From Lingula anatina (lineage: Eukaryota; Animalia; Brachiopoda): a DNA stretch of 64,000 bases. The stretch spans positions 24,676,001 to 24,740,000 of the forward strand of contig CM120642.1 of NCBI GenBank assembly GCA_051362555.1, given 5' to 3'. How positions within the stretch are numbered: the first letter of the stretch is position 1; each line of letters starts with the position of its first letter. The notes below the pieces were generated by a model. The model searched no databases, was not told where the DNA came from, and was given only the letters and a program-made list of their open reading frames with translations. Shown here piece by piece: positions 52,751-63,545 of this stretch. The position numbers and the translations under genes were made by a program.

Positions 52751-53381
52751 GCACACACTAAAACATCAATAAAGATATTGATTATATAATCTTACTACCA
52801 TACAAAGCATGATGACTCTGACAGTGGCACATGGTGAACTTGTATTTTTTATTCCCAGTGGTAAAATTATCAGCTTTTAGATATTTAATATTTTATATTT
52901 CCCGTAGTTCAACTCCAGCCTTTCAAGCACCCTGATAGCAGTGAAAATAGAAGGTGGTGCACATCATTTAGATCTCAGGTACAATTATATACAACATTGA
53001 TTATCATTTCAAGATTCTTCAGTTGTTCATTTAACGTTCCCTGTAACCTTAAATCTTAATTGAATCTCAGTTAAATACCAGTAACTTATTCTTTGTTTAA
53101 CCATTTGTACTTGTATACAATTTTTAGAATTATAAAATTATTTTGATGGTGTTCAGGAATTTTCAAATGTAAGTTATATTTTATGAAATGTTAATTTATA
53201 ATTTTTTTACATCAGATCTAAAAATGCAGCTGATCCACAGTCAGTGATCAAGGCAAGAAAAGTGGAGGTTGCCAATATACAGAAATGGATAAAACAAACT
53301 CATCATTTAAAAGGAAAAGAACCAAGAGTCGATGATATCTCTGTATTAAAGGCATTGGAAGAGATTTTAGAGGACCTGTAG
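10691..53381 (+). CDS. DPP7: Dipeptidyl peptidase 2 (DPP7/QPP)-like serine peptidase, family S28, 505 aa. Exons: 10691-10868, 12899-13038, 48564-48727, 49121-49256, 49608-49695, 50094-50251, 50554-50623, 51047-51171, 51640-51796, 52472-52536, 52908-52978, 53216-53381
   Basis: Signal peptide; family motifs YFDQYLDHFNF, GPIFFYTGNEG, FAEHRFYG, EQALADYA; catalytic triad GGSYGG / NGDLDPW / GAHHLDLR; CADPTGCG favours DPP7 over PRCP; exons total 1518 nt in one open frame. Confidence 0.94.
11127..11196. repeat. (AAT)n microsatellite
   Basis: Seen directly. Confidence 0.95.
11737..11810. repeat. Compound (TG)n/(AG)n microsatellite
   Basis: Seen directly. Confidence 0.95.
11880..12056. repeat. ~64-bp minisatellite, ~2.7 copies
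   Basis: TTATCAGAC..TGTA recurs three times. Confidence 0.85.
12604..12827 (+). mobile_element. MITE family 1, subtype B
   Basis: TTA TSD on both sides; same internal sequence as the other copies. Confidence 0.9.
12899..13038 (+). CDS. DPP7: DPP7 exon 2 (GPIFFYTGNEG...VIFAEH)
   Basis: AG/GT flanks; S28 motif. Confidence 0.95.
15683..15917 (-). mobile_element. Old divergent relative of MITE family 1
   Basis: Shares GGTAATTAACTA..GCTTGGCT and CCCACAGAGTTAG..GATC blocks in reverse orientation; boundaries approximate. Confidence 0.55.
16026..16072. repeat. (TTTA)n microsatellite
   Basis: Seen directly. Confidence 0.97.
18372..18539. mobile_element. CAGG..CCTG MITE (hAT-like)
   Basis: TIR CAGGCCCGTAGCCAG / CTGGCTACAGGCCTG; flanks ATAAA/ATGAA; inverted homolog at 35774-35990. 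Confidence 0.75.
20405..20619 (+). mobile_element. MITE family 1, subtype B
   Basis: TAA/TTA flanks; TIRs; homology to the other copies. Confidence 0.9.
24214..24255. repeat. (CT)n microsatellite
   Basis: Seen directly. Confidence 0.97.
24908..25415. mobile_element. 508-bp Harbinger-like non-autonomous element
   Basis: TIR AGGGCCATTCACACTAGCAA / TTGGTAGTGTGAATAGCCCT; TTA TSD. Confidence 0.75.
26579..26700 (-). repeat. Interspersed repeat or small MITE (GGGTGAAAG termini), homolog of 1091-1225
   Basis: GGGTGAAAG...CTTTCACCC inverted ends. Confidence 0.7.
29300..29675. repeat. Diverged ~130-bp tandem repeat, 3 copies
   Basis: GCTC..GTG.AGGGGTAAT and CA.CAGGA recur three times. Confidence 0.8.
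29921..30044. repeat. 60-bp tandem duplication
   Basis: Units start at 29921 and 29981. Confidence 0.93.
31856..32019. mobile_element. CAGG..CCTG MITE with a 5-bp TSD (TAAGA)
   Basis: CAGGTGCAGAT / ATCCGCCCCTG termini; TAAGA on both sides. Confidence 0.7.
33931..34108. repeat. 86-bp tandem duplication
   Basis: CAGATCCTGG at 33935 and 34021. Confidence 0.93.
35774..35990. mobile_element. Degenerate inverted copy of the 18372 MITE family, with an internal (TTTA)n
   Basis: AAGGTCCACTTTTTCAGAAAAAGA is the reverse complement of the 18372 copy's internal block; CTGGCTACAGACCTG terminus. Confidence 0.65.
37719..37934 (+). mobile_element. MITE family 1, subtype B
   Basis: TTA TSD; TIRs. Confidence 0.9.
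41005..41922 (+). CDS. Orphan class A (rhodopsin-like) GPCR, 305 aa, single coding exon, nested in DPP7 intron 2; loosely GPR21/GPR52-like
   Basis: Longest ORF in the window; 7 hydrophobic segments; TM2 ADLL, TM3 Cys (KFCHVE), TM4 Trp, ECL2 Cys (LCVIDW), TM6 SWLP, TM7 WLVVSNSF, helix-8 EFRDGL; first ATG at 41005; AATAAA at 42125-42130. Confidence 0.92.
   Translation: MEVAFQYDSFFILLIMFLIWFFNILMLVIAWKTCALKSINRYFLTSMTVADLLIGIFIVPFSFWTSLFSEWVFNDKFCHVEAYLNAILWIVSLYSYMCLCIDHFVGIRKPQRHEAELSPLRCFCWVTLIWISALCFCCPLMFGENRGRYEDNTHLCVIDWSSQRAYFITSGVVITVPALVVITFTNLYIFTDDYKNRKEVYEKFFTWNRGGRPENYFAAFVIGLVYLFSWLPWCIVELFDHFKILGYDKYPQQMDFFLLWLVVSNSFFKLPVFLLCSQEFRDGLKYVWYNVKMACRSSIEITTAI
42417..42862 (+). mobile_element. 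Two abutting MITE family 1 copies (42417-42633 and 42637-42862) sharing one TTA
   Basis: Structure TTA-[copy]-TTA-[copy]-TTA. Confidence 0.9.
43054..43267 (+). mobile_element. MITE family 1, subtype A
   Basis: TTA TSD; TIRs. Confidence 0.9.
43855..44186. mobile_element. CCC..GGG non-autonomous element (EnSpm/CACTA-like), with an older partial copy at ~43567-43745
   Basis: TIR CCCTTAGCA / TGCTAAGGG; TT flanks; many internal TTGCAGCAAATTTGCA-type motifs. Confidence 0.6.
48564..48727 (+). CDS. DPP7: DPP7 exon 3 (RFYGNSLP...EQALADYA...VIAFGGS)
   Basis: Continues the AEH|RFYG motif in phase across the 35.5 kb intron. Confidence 0.95.
49121..49256 (+). CDS. DPP7: DPP7 exon 4 (YGGILSAYMRFKYPN...ASAP...FWEDITR)
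   Basis: Completes the catalytic Ser motif GGSYGG. Confidence 0.94.
49608..49695 (+). CDS. DPP7: DPP7 exon 5 (DCAMAHPECV...QLGSKG)
   Basis: AG/GT flanks, phase 0 to 1. Confidence 0.87.
50094..50251 (+). CDS. DPP7: DPP7 exon 6 (FKLCNPL...RNAFANVAMFNYPYP...LPANPIQ)
   Basis: Conserved AMxxYPYP and LPANP motifs. Confidence 0.94.
50554..50623 (+). CDS. DPP7: DPP7 exon 7 (NMCKLII...KGLAAAAG), followed by a GC donor
   Basis: CAG|GCAAGC donor gives the in-frame GLAAAAG-LYYN junction. Confidence 0.85.
50703..50931. mobile_element. Palindromic MITE related to family 1
   Basis: Long inverted arms (GTACTAGCAG..CGAGGGGATTCTCGCTAAATTGCATT / AATGCAATTTTGCGAGAAACCCCTCG..CTGCTAGTAC); GGGAATGG terminus. 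Confidence 0.7.
51047..51171 (+). CDS. DPP7: DPP7 exon 8 (LYYNATSG...CADPTGCG...AWDFQ)
   Basis: Conserved motif; AG/GT flanks. Confidence 0.95.
51640..51796 (+). CDS. DPP7: DPP7 exon 9 (ACTE...DMFP...YWGP)
   Basis: Conserved motif; AG/GT flanks. Confidence 0.95.
51811..52053. mobile_element. Palindromic MITE related to family 1
   Basis: Termini GCCCCATTCC / GAATGGGGTC; inner arms GCAATCAGCTTAACTGAATG / CATTCAGTTAAGCTGATTGC; TAA/TTT(AA) flanks. Confidence 0.75.
52116..52261. mobile_element. 146-bp fold-back MITE with CTG TSD (Harbinger-type)
   Basis: GGCCCTGTAA...TTACAGGGCC; almost fully self-complementary; CTG on both sides. Confidence 0.8.
52472..52536 (+). CDS. DPP7: DPP7 exon 10 (SNIVFSNGDLDPWHRGG; catalytic Asp)
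   Basis: Conserved motif; AG/GT flanks. Confidence 0.95.
52908..52978 (+). CDS. DPP7: DPP7 exon 11 (IEGGAHHLDLR; catalytic His)
   Basis: Conserved motif; AG/GT flanks. Confidence 0.95.
53216..53381 (+). CDS. DPP7: DPP7 last exon (DPQSVIKARKVE...EEILEDL*)
   Basis: DPxSVxxAR motif; TAG at 53379-53381; AATAAA signals follow at ~53420-53430. Confidence 0.93.
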
Positions 53382-56300
53382 TGATACAAAATATTGAAAT
53401 GATTATATGATACTTAATTAAATAAATAAATACAAGTAAGTACTGGTAAATAAATAGTGAAATACCTTTAGATGTGTATTTGCTGTTATGTTGAAACACA
53501 GAAACAATTATAATTTAAATTTTGTTCTTCTTACAGAAAATGGAACAGTGGCAAATTGAACTGTTTTTTTTTTCAATATGTGTATAAATGAAGTTTAATA
53601 TACAGGGCTAGTTTGGTTATAATATGTGTACCCACTACTTCTACTGCTTTTCAAGTCGGTAGATTTGATTTGCTTAATAGTAAACATTTTGATAAGATTC
53701 TCTTTGAAGTTAACCAACAAATCCTTTTTGATATTGATACTAGTAATCATTTGAAGTAATTTGATATATTTAATTATACTTAATTATTTAAAATATTTTA
53801 TTTTATTTTATTTATTTATTTATTTGTCTGTCTGTTTATTTAGTTATTGTTTTTTGAAAAAAAGAACATTTTAAATTATACATTTTTTTATTTCACATTT
53901 ATCCTATCCTCATGCTTATGTCATAAAATGGCAATAATTTAATTATGCATGTAAATGCTATATGAAGGAAAATAAATACTTCAGTAAAATATGAAAGCAC
54001 AGTACATGTGCTGGTATATAAAACGCTTGATGGAAAACAGTACAAGAAATCCAAAATAAAATGATAATGATATTCAGCTCTGGTTTAATGTTGTACATTG
54101 TACTACTATTCTATTTGGTAAAGGGTAATTGAAAATTCATTACTGTAACCGTAAAAGCATTATCTAAGTTAACTCCAAATATTTCATTTGGATATGAAGA
54201 CTACAGAAACAGTGTAGATGTATGACTACCTCAGGTATTCTGTGGAATCTATTTTGATAGAACTACAGTAGTCTTGTAAAAACCACAGTTGTGTCCCAAA
54301 AACCTTGGGCTCTGGGTTTGCCTTGAGCTCTCCGATTTTAAACTGTTATGAAGATTGGACAAGGGTGGAGTGAGTTGTGGGCTAAAAGTACACATCAATC
54401 ACCTGGATTAACTTCTTGAGTACTGTCGAAGATCAGATTAAATCAATAATGAAATCAAATTATCATCCAACAGTACCCTCCTTGGATATTGGGATGTTTT
54501 AATATCTTTAAAAAGATCTTTTCTCGCTTCTCGGTGATCTGACTGTTGTACACGTAGAAAGAAAGCAGCACGCAGCGATAAACCAACATCATGGATGATC
54601 TGAGCGATATTTTTCTTCTTTTCTTTGAAAAGAAAGTTACTGACCTCAGTTATCGACCAAAAAGTGCTCGCCTATCTTCTGTTTCCATAATCCTTTTATA
54701 TGTTATCTGTTATTTCAGTAGAGACCGTCAAAAAGGTGCAATGAGAATTAATAAAGGAAAAAAAGCAAAAACAGTATCATCCAAGTTACAATTTCAAACA
54801 GCAAAGCAGGAGCGATACGTGCTTAAGTTAACTTATAACTTGTAGAGAAAGTAGAGCAGTTTGTGGCGCGAAATACTAATTTTCAGCCAATGTCATCTTT
54901 ACTGTCACAAACACAATGTATCCGTAAGTCTCTAGATCAAGTGATGAATACCAGTACATATCTGATCGTATGATGTAGTTTAAATGAATATGGCGTATCA
55001 GAGTCCTGTTATTTTAACCTGTCACAAAACGTTATTTCATGCTTTTGGCATGTATGTGCAATAAATTTTAAGTAGTGATCTTAATGATACAACACAAAAT
55101 TATTTTATAGTTTAATTTCAAACCTGTTATGTGTTATTTGCTAGTGTTTCAGGTAAAGCATGTAGAGTTCTGCGGAAAGAAAACTTTTTTTGGAATAAAT
55201 TACGTGCGATGTTAAATGCAGCTACATGGACATTGAATTTACGTGACTTGAAAAGAGAAATTGGAGCTATTAATACATTTACATCAAAGATACACTGAAT
55301 AGTCACGTAAAACACAGTGAATGGATTAATGAATAAGTGTAATTGGGGAAATACCGAGTGAATAAAACAATATATGGCTACGACTTGCAGTCTGTAATTG
55401 ATTTGTAAGACAATCATAATATTTGTTTCTTGAAAACGCTGTGTACAATGAATAAATTAATAAATGAGTAATATGACAATGTGAATTTAGAATACAAAGT
55501 TGGTTACTGAAAGCTAAACGAGGAAACTTATATACATTTGTGTGTGTCACTTAAAACGAAGCCATAAAGACACCATGGGTGAAATTCGAAATATTACAGT
55601 ATGTAACACATATAGTTTCTAGAACATTCCATGCTTGAAACCGTGTTACACTTCGGCAAAAATTGACTTGAATATTGTCTTACTTCATGTGACATACAGG
55701 ATGCATTTAATTAAGAATAAAATGAGTGCAGCTGTTTATTTTGTGACATACTCCGAAAGAAATGCACGCAAATTACAAAATGGGCGCAGCGGTTGGCCCC
55801 TCTCCCCCCCCCCCCCTCTCTCTCTTGTGACATAAAATGCATGTATAGGCCCATATAATAAATTGGGGACAACAGTTGGCCGGGCAGCCGAAAATATATA
55901 CTTGTACTACCCCTCAGATGTACATGTACCGGGGTAAAAGGTACATGAAGTCCTCTACAGCAAATATGTCATCGGAGATAAAAGCATGAAATCAAGTCAT
56001 GTGGACAACTAAACAACACAAGTATGTCTTTTTTGGAGTCTTTAGTAACATCGATCACATCCCTACCGTCTCTATCCGTACACGTTTGTTTCCTGGGGTT
56101 TGTGTACATTTTTTCTGTCGAGGCATTATTCTTTAACGATGTTAAAGGGAATCAATGTCCCGCACGATATACACGGGCGCCTATTACACATCTGTGGAGA
56201 GAGAAAGAACAATATATCCATTGATATTTGCTTTTGAGGTTTGCCCGCAAAGAAAGGCTAAAGTTGTCATTTGCATACTGCATATTTTACTGAAATTATG

Positions 56301-58913
56301 ACATCGATGGGCGAGAACAAAACAATTATCAAAAAGGGCTCACATCCGAGTTTATGAAATATACAGACATGCGTTAAAGGTTTTGTTTTACCGAAACAAA
56401 ATTATGCAGAAAGACCAACCCTCTTTCACGGCCCAGCTCCCGATAAATTTCGAGTGTAAAAATATATGAGAAAAAGAAATACAGCTAAATGCAATGATCA
56501 CTGAATAAAAACAATGGGCAGATCCAGTCGATTGTCTAAATTATAGCTAAGTTGAATTAAATCGCAAGCAATGCCTTAGGCATGAATATCAGTTTATTGA
56601 ATCCTAAGCACTCAGCCACATACACGTGCAGAATTAAAAATAAATACACTTCAACATCAATATCACATCATATCACATTGTTCTAATTGTCACTTAAACC
56701 ATTTAGAAATGTTCACTTTTGTATGAAAAACATGAATGAACATACTCGTAGTTGATGAAGCATAAAGGTGTTTTGGACTGTGTCATGTTACTCAAGAACT
56801 TAATGCCATCGTATGCTTCCGTGTTTTACTTTCAACAGTTGAGTGAAAGCAAATTCATTCAGAGAAGCAAGGCCGACTTGAAATCCAATATTGTTTACAA
56901 AGAATCTCCAACTGAAACTGCCGTGATAGCTATAGAACAAAGCGGAATTGCGCGTGACATAATCCTTTCTCCGCCAATTTGTAAAGACGATGCTCTTTTG
57001 CAATGCTGTCTCACAATCCAATGGGGCACTCCAAAACATATGTTGAGGAAAAGGCCTAGTAATTAATGCTCATTTGATCAATCAACTGTAATTGTATTGA
57101 ACTGTAATCTAATTGATATCGTGTAGCACTCGCCTCAACACAATGCCATTTTAACTGACACTGTTGGTCCGCAAAAATATGATCGATACCGTGCCTCCAC
57201 GACCTGTAGAATACCTTGTCAGCCAAACTCTATATCATGAATAAATTAGACTACTAATAGTGGTAATGCAGGCCTTTGTGTTCAAGTTGATGTGATGATC
57301 GCACCAGCGTTTTAAAAGCACGCCTGGATGCGTTTATAGATTTACTCATTCATTACGGAGGCTCGCCCAAAGTGCTAGTGCCGAGTGTCGCAATAACATT
57401 CTGCCGAACGATTCCGTCCAAGAAAAACGTCCTTCTACGACTCAGCAGTCTCGTCAATCCAAAAAGCAGAATGTCTGTGCTGCTTATGGCCGGCAGAAAG
57501 AGGGACAAGGGAAGGAGGTAAAGTGATTATTGCTGATGTTTAGAATACAAAGTTTGGTAGTCTTTTAGTAACCATAGCTTAGTTTGGTAATTGAGCTGAT
57601 GGTTTGCGGCTGCAACGAGAATCGATTCCCATTCCTTTTACTCTGGTCCTTCGCACGCCGTCGCTATTTTTCGAAGGCATTAACCGTTGAAAGGATGTTA
57701 AGAATTATAAACTATGGAAAACATAAAGCACTGCTGTGAGAACGATACAACATTACATGCAAGCTATAGTAGGTATTTCGTGATGACTGACGGTATTTTG
57801 TGATACAAGACATGAACTCAAATCTTTGTAGAGGACACCCGTAATACCTGCGTTGTTAAACATGACAGGGCTTGAATGTTAGACTTGAATTTGAAAACCG
57901 CACGCCAAAAGGTTCAAAACACTGCAAACAAAGATAAAAACAAAGGACTGTAAGTAGAAAAGGACTGAGCAGTCAAGCGACATGTAGGCCTACGCCGCAC
58001 AACAAGTTCGTGGTTGGGCATTCCATCACGACATCGCTCAGACTTTTTACAGTAACAATGCTAATACATGGGCAAAACTATGAGATAATTTTGCCCATGA
58101 CGAATAACAAAAACCTTCAGAAATTAAGTGATTCTAATTACAGTTCCACAATGTAGAAAGATGTAGAATGCATTGAGCCATGAGCATCACAGGTCAGCAG
58201 GACAGAGTAGGAGTCGAGTTTATCAACACATATGATGGAGCCCTTTGTTTACGCTAGCTCGTGCCCACATTAAATGCAGATCCCTAAATGTAGAATTCAA
58301 TGAATCGTAAAGACTAACAATACAGTATATTGATTGCTGCCATTTGCCGTATTAAGTCCCAGTGCTAGAAGATATAGCACAAGCGTATCGTGACGGTAGT
58401 CCACAATCAGAATCGTTTTAATTGGCACGATTTTATTGGTCCTAGCACATTTTACAAAGGCTATGACCAAACATATACTTTTGTAGAACTTATGGCGTAA
58501 GTTAAAATTAAATGCATATACATTTATTAAAAAATAGCTACCCGGTATACAACTGAAGCCAATTTTAGACCATTAAAAGGAAGTAGGCGATTTGATTGCA
58601 ATTAAGCGTCAGTCGAAGAACCTTCACTATCGCTCAGCTGAACCTAGATTACATTTGCTACTTGTAAGGGCGCCGTACAATGGAATCTTATTCGATTTTC
58701 CGTGAGATTTTTTGACATCGTAAGAGGCTACGTGCTTCAACGTGCATGTTAACATTACATACGGGTGCCGTGCCATTTGTCCGACATATCCTTGGGGTCA
58801 GGTTGGGAAAATCGGTTTGTCGGTTGAAAAGTGATCATACTGTACTTTCAGTCTCAGCGCTGTCCTTCAGTGCGGCTTTCTTAAAGAGCGATGCGTTGTC
58901 GGTGCAGTCCCTG

Positions 58914-59290
58914 TGTAACACGAAAATCTGACTCCCATGAAAATCTGACTCCCCCAGTCAAAATTTCGTAATGAAAATCAGAGTCCCCCCATAAAATTTT
59001 GACTCCCCCTCACAAAACTTTAAAAAACTTTATAAATCTTATTTTATTTGAGTAAATAACTTTTATCTTGTTGTGTGCATAATGAAGAATACATTGGCAC
59101 TTTTTGAATTTTTTTATGAAAAAAATTTCCACCCATTGCCTCCTATGAAAAGGCTATGGGAGTCCAAATCCTACAGGTAGTAAGATAAATACTTGTTTCA
59201 CAAATTATCAATTTTCAGGGGAGTCACATTTTCATAATGAAAATCTAACTGGGGGGTCACATTTTGGGGGAGTCAGATTTTCATGGTACA
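58914..59290. mobile_element. 377-bp TGT..ACA non-autonomous element with a 4-bp TSD (CCTG), Ginger-like
   Basis: TIR TGTAACACGAAAATCTGACTCCC / GGGAGTCAGATTTTCATGGTACA with repeated subterminal AAAATCTGACTCCC motifs. Confidence 0.75.
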
Positions 59291-61757
59291 CCTGCGCTTT
59301 TTAGCACCCATGTGGTCAGAAACAAAAACGCAGTACTTAACATTCATGCAGGTGAATTATACATTAGTTTAAACATCTTCACAATTGTTTTTTTTTTCTT
59401 CCAAAACCAACAAAGGTGGAAAGGTAAGAGAACAACTACAGTTTCAAACATTATCACGATCCCCGCAACAATGCCCGTACAGGAACTTTGCAATGCCATC
59501 TGTGGTACAGCTACAGCCTACGGGCTTTCGATTTTCAAAATTGTCAAAAGTTGTAGTTTGACAAAATCGTACAGGCTGCGGAGGCCGTAAATCCGTACGA
59601 TTTCGCTCGACCACCTCCTTCCTCCTCTCAGACGCCGCACGAAAAGAGATTAAAGTGTATACATGTGTAACGGCTCCACCCTGGTCCTCAAATCAAGTTC
59701 TGTCCCTTGGTTCAAATGTAACCTTGAACACGAACTTGTCCTGCTGGAGAGTGTTAGGGTCATTTTAATAGATGTAGGATGCCACAAAGCAATGACATAG
59801 AAGTTAATAAACCGTCTTTGCCCTAGTGGTTTTAAGTCAATGGTTCTGAAACAGGCAGTTGATTTATAATGGGCTTCTCACTCAATGATGACAATAACCA
59901 TATTCATGTTGGGTGCTTATGAATTATGTGTTCAATGCATGCAAAATGATGGCTACGGATGGATCATTCACAGTATCTGCTCATACATATACCGCCTGGG
60001 AAAACAGGTGAAAGGCTCTTTAATAAATTATTCATTTTAATGCTCACAAGTCACACGGCACGGGGGACTTGTTCGGGCTGTGCCTTGATTCTAGAATTTA
60101 TACACCGTGCAACTTCCGCTTCTTTTCATCCCAGCTTTGATCTTGTACGTATTAACCTGTTTTTAACACCAGAAACTGTATGTCATTTGTGGCGCCCATA
60201 AAAGATTATTTTAATCCAGATAAACCTAATTTTACCCATGCCACGTGAATCCGTTCTTTCATTTTTATGCCATTCTTCATGCCACATATCGTTATCATAT
60301 ATAATCGAACAAATTAACAAAAATCTATGATTTGGGACAAAACTTTTGTTTTTTGATGCATTCATTTGTCTTAAAATCTATCTATTAATGACGACGAAGT
60401 AATAATGGGTCTAATAGGATAGTGCAAATAAAATTGCCATACAACAATTGACCAAAACAATCAATATTCAAAATTGAAAAGAAAAGCAGAAACACTTCAA
60501 CATTCATATTATGGTATTTGTTACAGCTAATATAATATAATATAATATAATATGATATGTCAAAGTGCTAATCTATAATTTAAAGAGCTTATTTAATGTG
60601 GAAAACAACACCAACGCCCGTGGACACCAATACTGGACACATATCAAGGCACATTTATGTCTACTTAGAAATTTCATTCAGATGTTATTTGCTTTTCTTC
60701 AGAAAACGCCAATGTTTGATTTCAACATGTATAATGAATCACAAAACGGGGGAGCTAATTTTTCTACTTTCTAAAACCATTGTCTTATTCAAATATGCCT
60801 TTTTGCAATTCCATGCTTGCAATGTGTTAGCTTAGATAAATACTGACAATTAAACGTGGCTTTCTGCCATTTAGACATTGGGGACCTATCAGTTAATTTG
60901 CAGTGGCGTAGTTATACACGCTCAAGGTAAGGATTCATGATAAAAGCTGTAAATATCGATTGTTTTAACTCAAATATTGATGATTGTAACTCAAATATTG
61001 AAACTTCTTTCAAGTTCTACGCATTTGTCGATATGTCACTACTGTGGTATCCTGCAAGGATCTGAGTAATAATAAAGTGGCATTGGGCATGTCTTCCTTT
61101 TATTCTGTGTAGAAGATTGGCCCCAGTTGGAAATTTAAAGGTACAAAGTGTAGATGTTTACATAAAAAACACCATCACGTGATTAATTTCGAGTGAAAAA
61201 GAATTTTTCAATTAACCAGGAATGCAGATGGTAAGGAGGGCGCCGGAGGGGGGGAGGGGGGGATTGCCCAACACCCCTTTCACTAGTAAAGTATCTAAAA
61301 AAAACTTGATTCTGTATTTTACATAATCTCTTTGTACTTGTTGTCTCAAAAAACGAATCGTTTTTGCAACAGAAATCAAACTTTGTATGCGCTTTGTGTA
61401 CGCTACAAAGTCTGTGTACGTACTACATGTAGTGCTCGCGTAAATCACGGCCATTTTTGGAGTAGATGGTAGCGTCTGAAGAACCAGTGGTAACTACGGC
61501 AAATCGATTGAAAGATATTCGTTATTCAAGTTAACAATCTTACAAAATTACATATACTAGTGCAGAACGATCATCAATACGTTTCAAAGGTTAACTACGT
61601 TTAACAATACCAGTACTTGTTCTCTCTCTCTCAATCTTTCTCCCCCCCCCCCCTTTCTCTCTCTCTTCTCTTCTCTTTTTAGCTAAGTCTATATGCAAAC
61701 ACAAGAGACAAATGCACGTACATAGGCCTACATGTATAAGCTTTCTGTACATTTCAG

Positions 61758-62337
61758 TAACTCGGCATCCGAATCAGAGGAAGAGACAGAAGACACTACC
61801 GAATACATTTCCTCCGGAAGCGTCAAAATGTGGACATGGACCTTCGATGGGGATAAACTTACTATAATATTCAGTAAGTTAAATAATTTACACTTTATTT
61901 GTGAATTAGAGATATGTTTTAACAAAGACAATGGTGGGAAACTTGCCAGCAAAGAAAGAATTTTCTTATGAGAAAGCGTTGTTCGCATAACTACATTCTC
62001 AAGAATAGCCCTCTTATTTGTCGAACTTGTATTAGTATCATCTCAGTACAACATGCCTTATTTTGCTAATCTAAGTTTTCACTCATCGAGTAGGCCCCTA
62101 ACTGATAAACCACCGTCATTTTTATCAAAGGTCATCGTCATAAACCACATGCATCTGAACCGAAAAACGACGTGTCAGTATAAAATTCGGTTGAATTTAA
62201 ATTCTCTTGCCGTGGCATTGATTGTCATATAGTGTCTGATTAAACACATAAATCCTCTTGACGCACTTGATGAGCTTTACCTTTCAGGAAAGGACACGAT
62301 GGAAGTATGGGTAGACGACGATAAAATTGATCCCACG
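61758..62337 (+). CDS. FAIM (Fas apoptotic inhibitory molecule)-like gene, partial: exons 61758-61873 and 62288-62337
   Basis: The spliced peptide ...SVKMWTWTFDGDKLTIIFRKDTMEVWVDDDKIDPT resembles the recalled FAIM C-terminal domain (W..DG...I..KD.M.VW); strong splice sites with compatible phase; other exons uncertain. Confidence 0.6.
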
Positions 62338-63396
62338 GTTTGTATTCTCATTTTCGTTTATTTAACATAACTAATCAATAGAGATTGAATGTCCTTGAAT
62401 CTTCTAATCTTTTCCTATGCAATCTCTCATCCTCTCTTTTGGTGCTCTTTTTTATGAACACAATTTTGGAGCCAGGATATCAAGAAAAGGGCGAGGAGAC
62501 AAAAAGCTCATCTTCCATTTCCCTTTCAACTATTTGTTTTTGAAAACGAGACTGCTTGTCTTCCGGTGGATTTGATAATCATTCCTCTTTCAAGATTAAC
62601 TAAACAGTATTTTACTTAAAAGTACTATAATACCATGAATATGAACAAATCAAATGGATATGTCAGACCGTTACCCTGTAGTTTATCAGTATGTGCAGTT
62701 TTCATAAATGTACATGTAGCCTACATGTAGATCCAAAAAATTGTTGCACCGGAACCATACACTTTAAGTCTGAAAAAAATCTGTGTGCAGTAAAATAAAT
62801 GCATTATAATTGCATTATCGTAAATCATAATTCTCCGTAAATAAGACTCATTGTAAAAATAGATACCTTGATTCATTTTTGTCCCATATCGATGCAGTTC
62901 TATAATTGATACAGAAACGATGAAAGGAGCATTTACCAAAATTCATATAAGGGCCTATATTCTAATAAGTACGTTTTATTACTAGCCTGAAAACCAAACC
63001 ACCACCTACTTTTTAAAGTGAGGTGAATTTCACAAAATCGTCTCAGCACAAACGGCAAATGGTGGCAATTTGACCTTGACTGTATTGAGCAAAAAGGGAA
63101 TGTATGTATTTTATGGGTAATTGCACTGGGCACGACATTATACATGTAAAACTGTATTGATATCCAGTTTATTCAGGACAGTACGTTCCCACGAGGATAA
63201 AAAGTGCAGGTGCACCAGTGTCGAAACACAGGCTGCTTGGTATACAAGTTGACTTCGATTTTCAATATGTTCTTTTTTCCTCAAGGGGCGTGTGACAAAA
63301 ATCGAACGTGCCTTTCAGCCCAATCCATCGTATATTCTGAGCCAATAAATAAGACGAACTGTAAGTAAGGTGGGAACATAAAGCTTACATGAAGCT

Positions 63397-63545
63397 CAGG
63401 GCCGTAGCCTCCGGGGGGGGCAGGGGGGGCAGCTGCCCCCCCTGGAATTTGGAATTTTACACACCATACCCACCCTCCTCGGTAGCTTCGCCCCCTCGTG
63501 TCCGCTTACTGCCCCCCCTGGCATTTTGCTCAGGCTACGGCCCTG
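63397..63545. mobile_element. GC-rich CAGG..CCTG MITE with a 5-bp TSD (AAGCT)
   Basis: Perfect 14-bp TIR CAGGGCCGTAGCCT; AAGCT on both sides. Confidence 0.85.

Noticed and set aside
57574-57632. tRNA-like A-box/B-box pattern (TAGCTTAGTTTGGTA...GAATCGATTCCC)
   Set aside because: No acceptor stem or cloverleaf can be formed; at most a degenerate SINE head, and too weak to call.
63287-63360. Exon-like segment (cctcaag ... GTAAGT) as the next FAIM-like exon
   Set aside because: It has a stop in the phase required after 62337 and no FAIM similarity; left unassigned.
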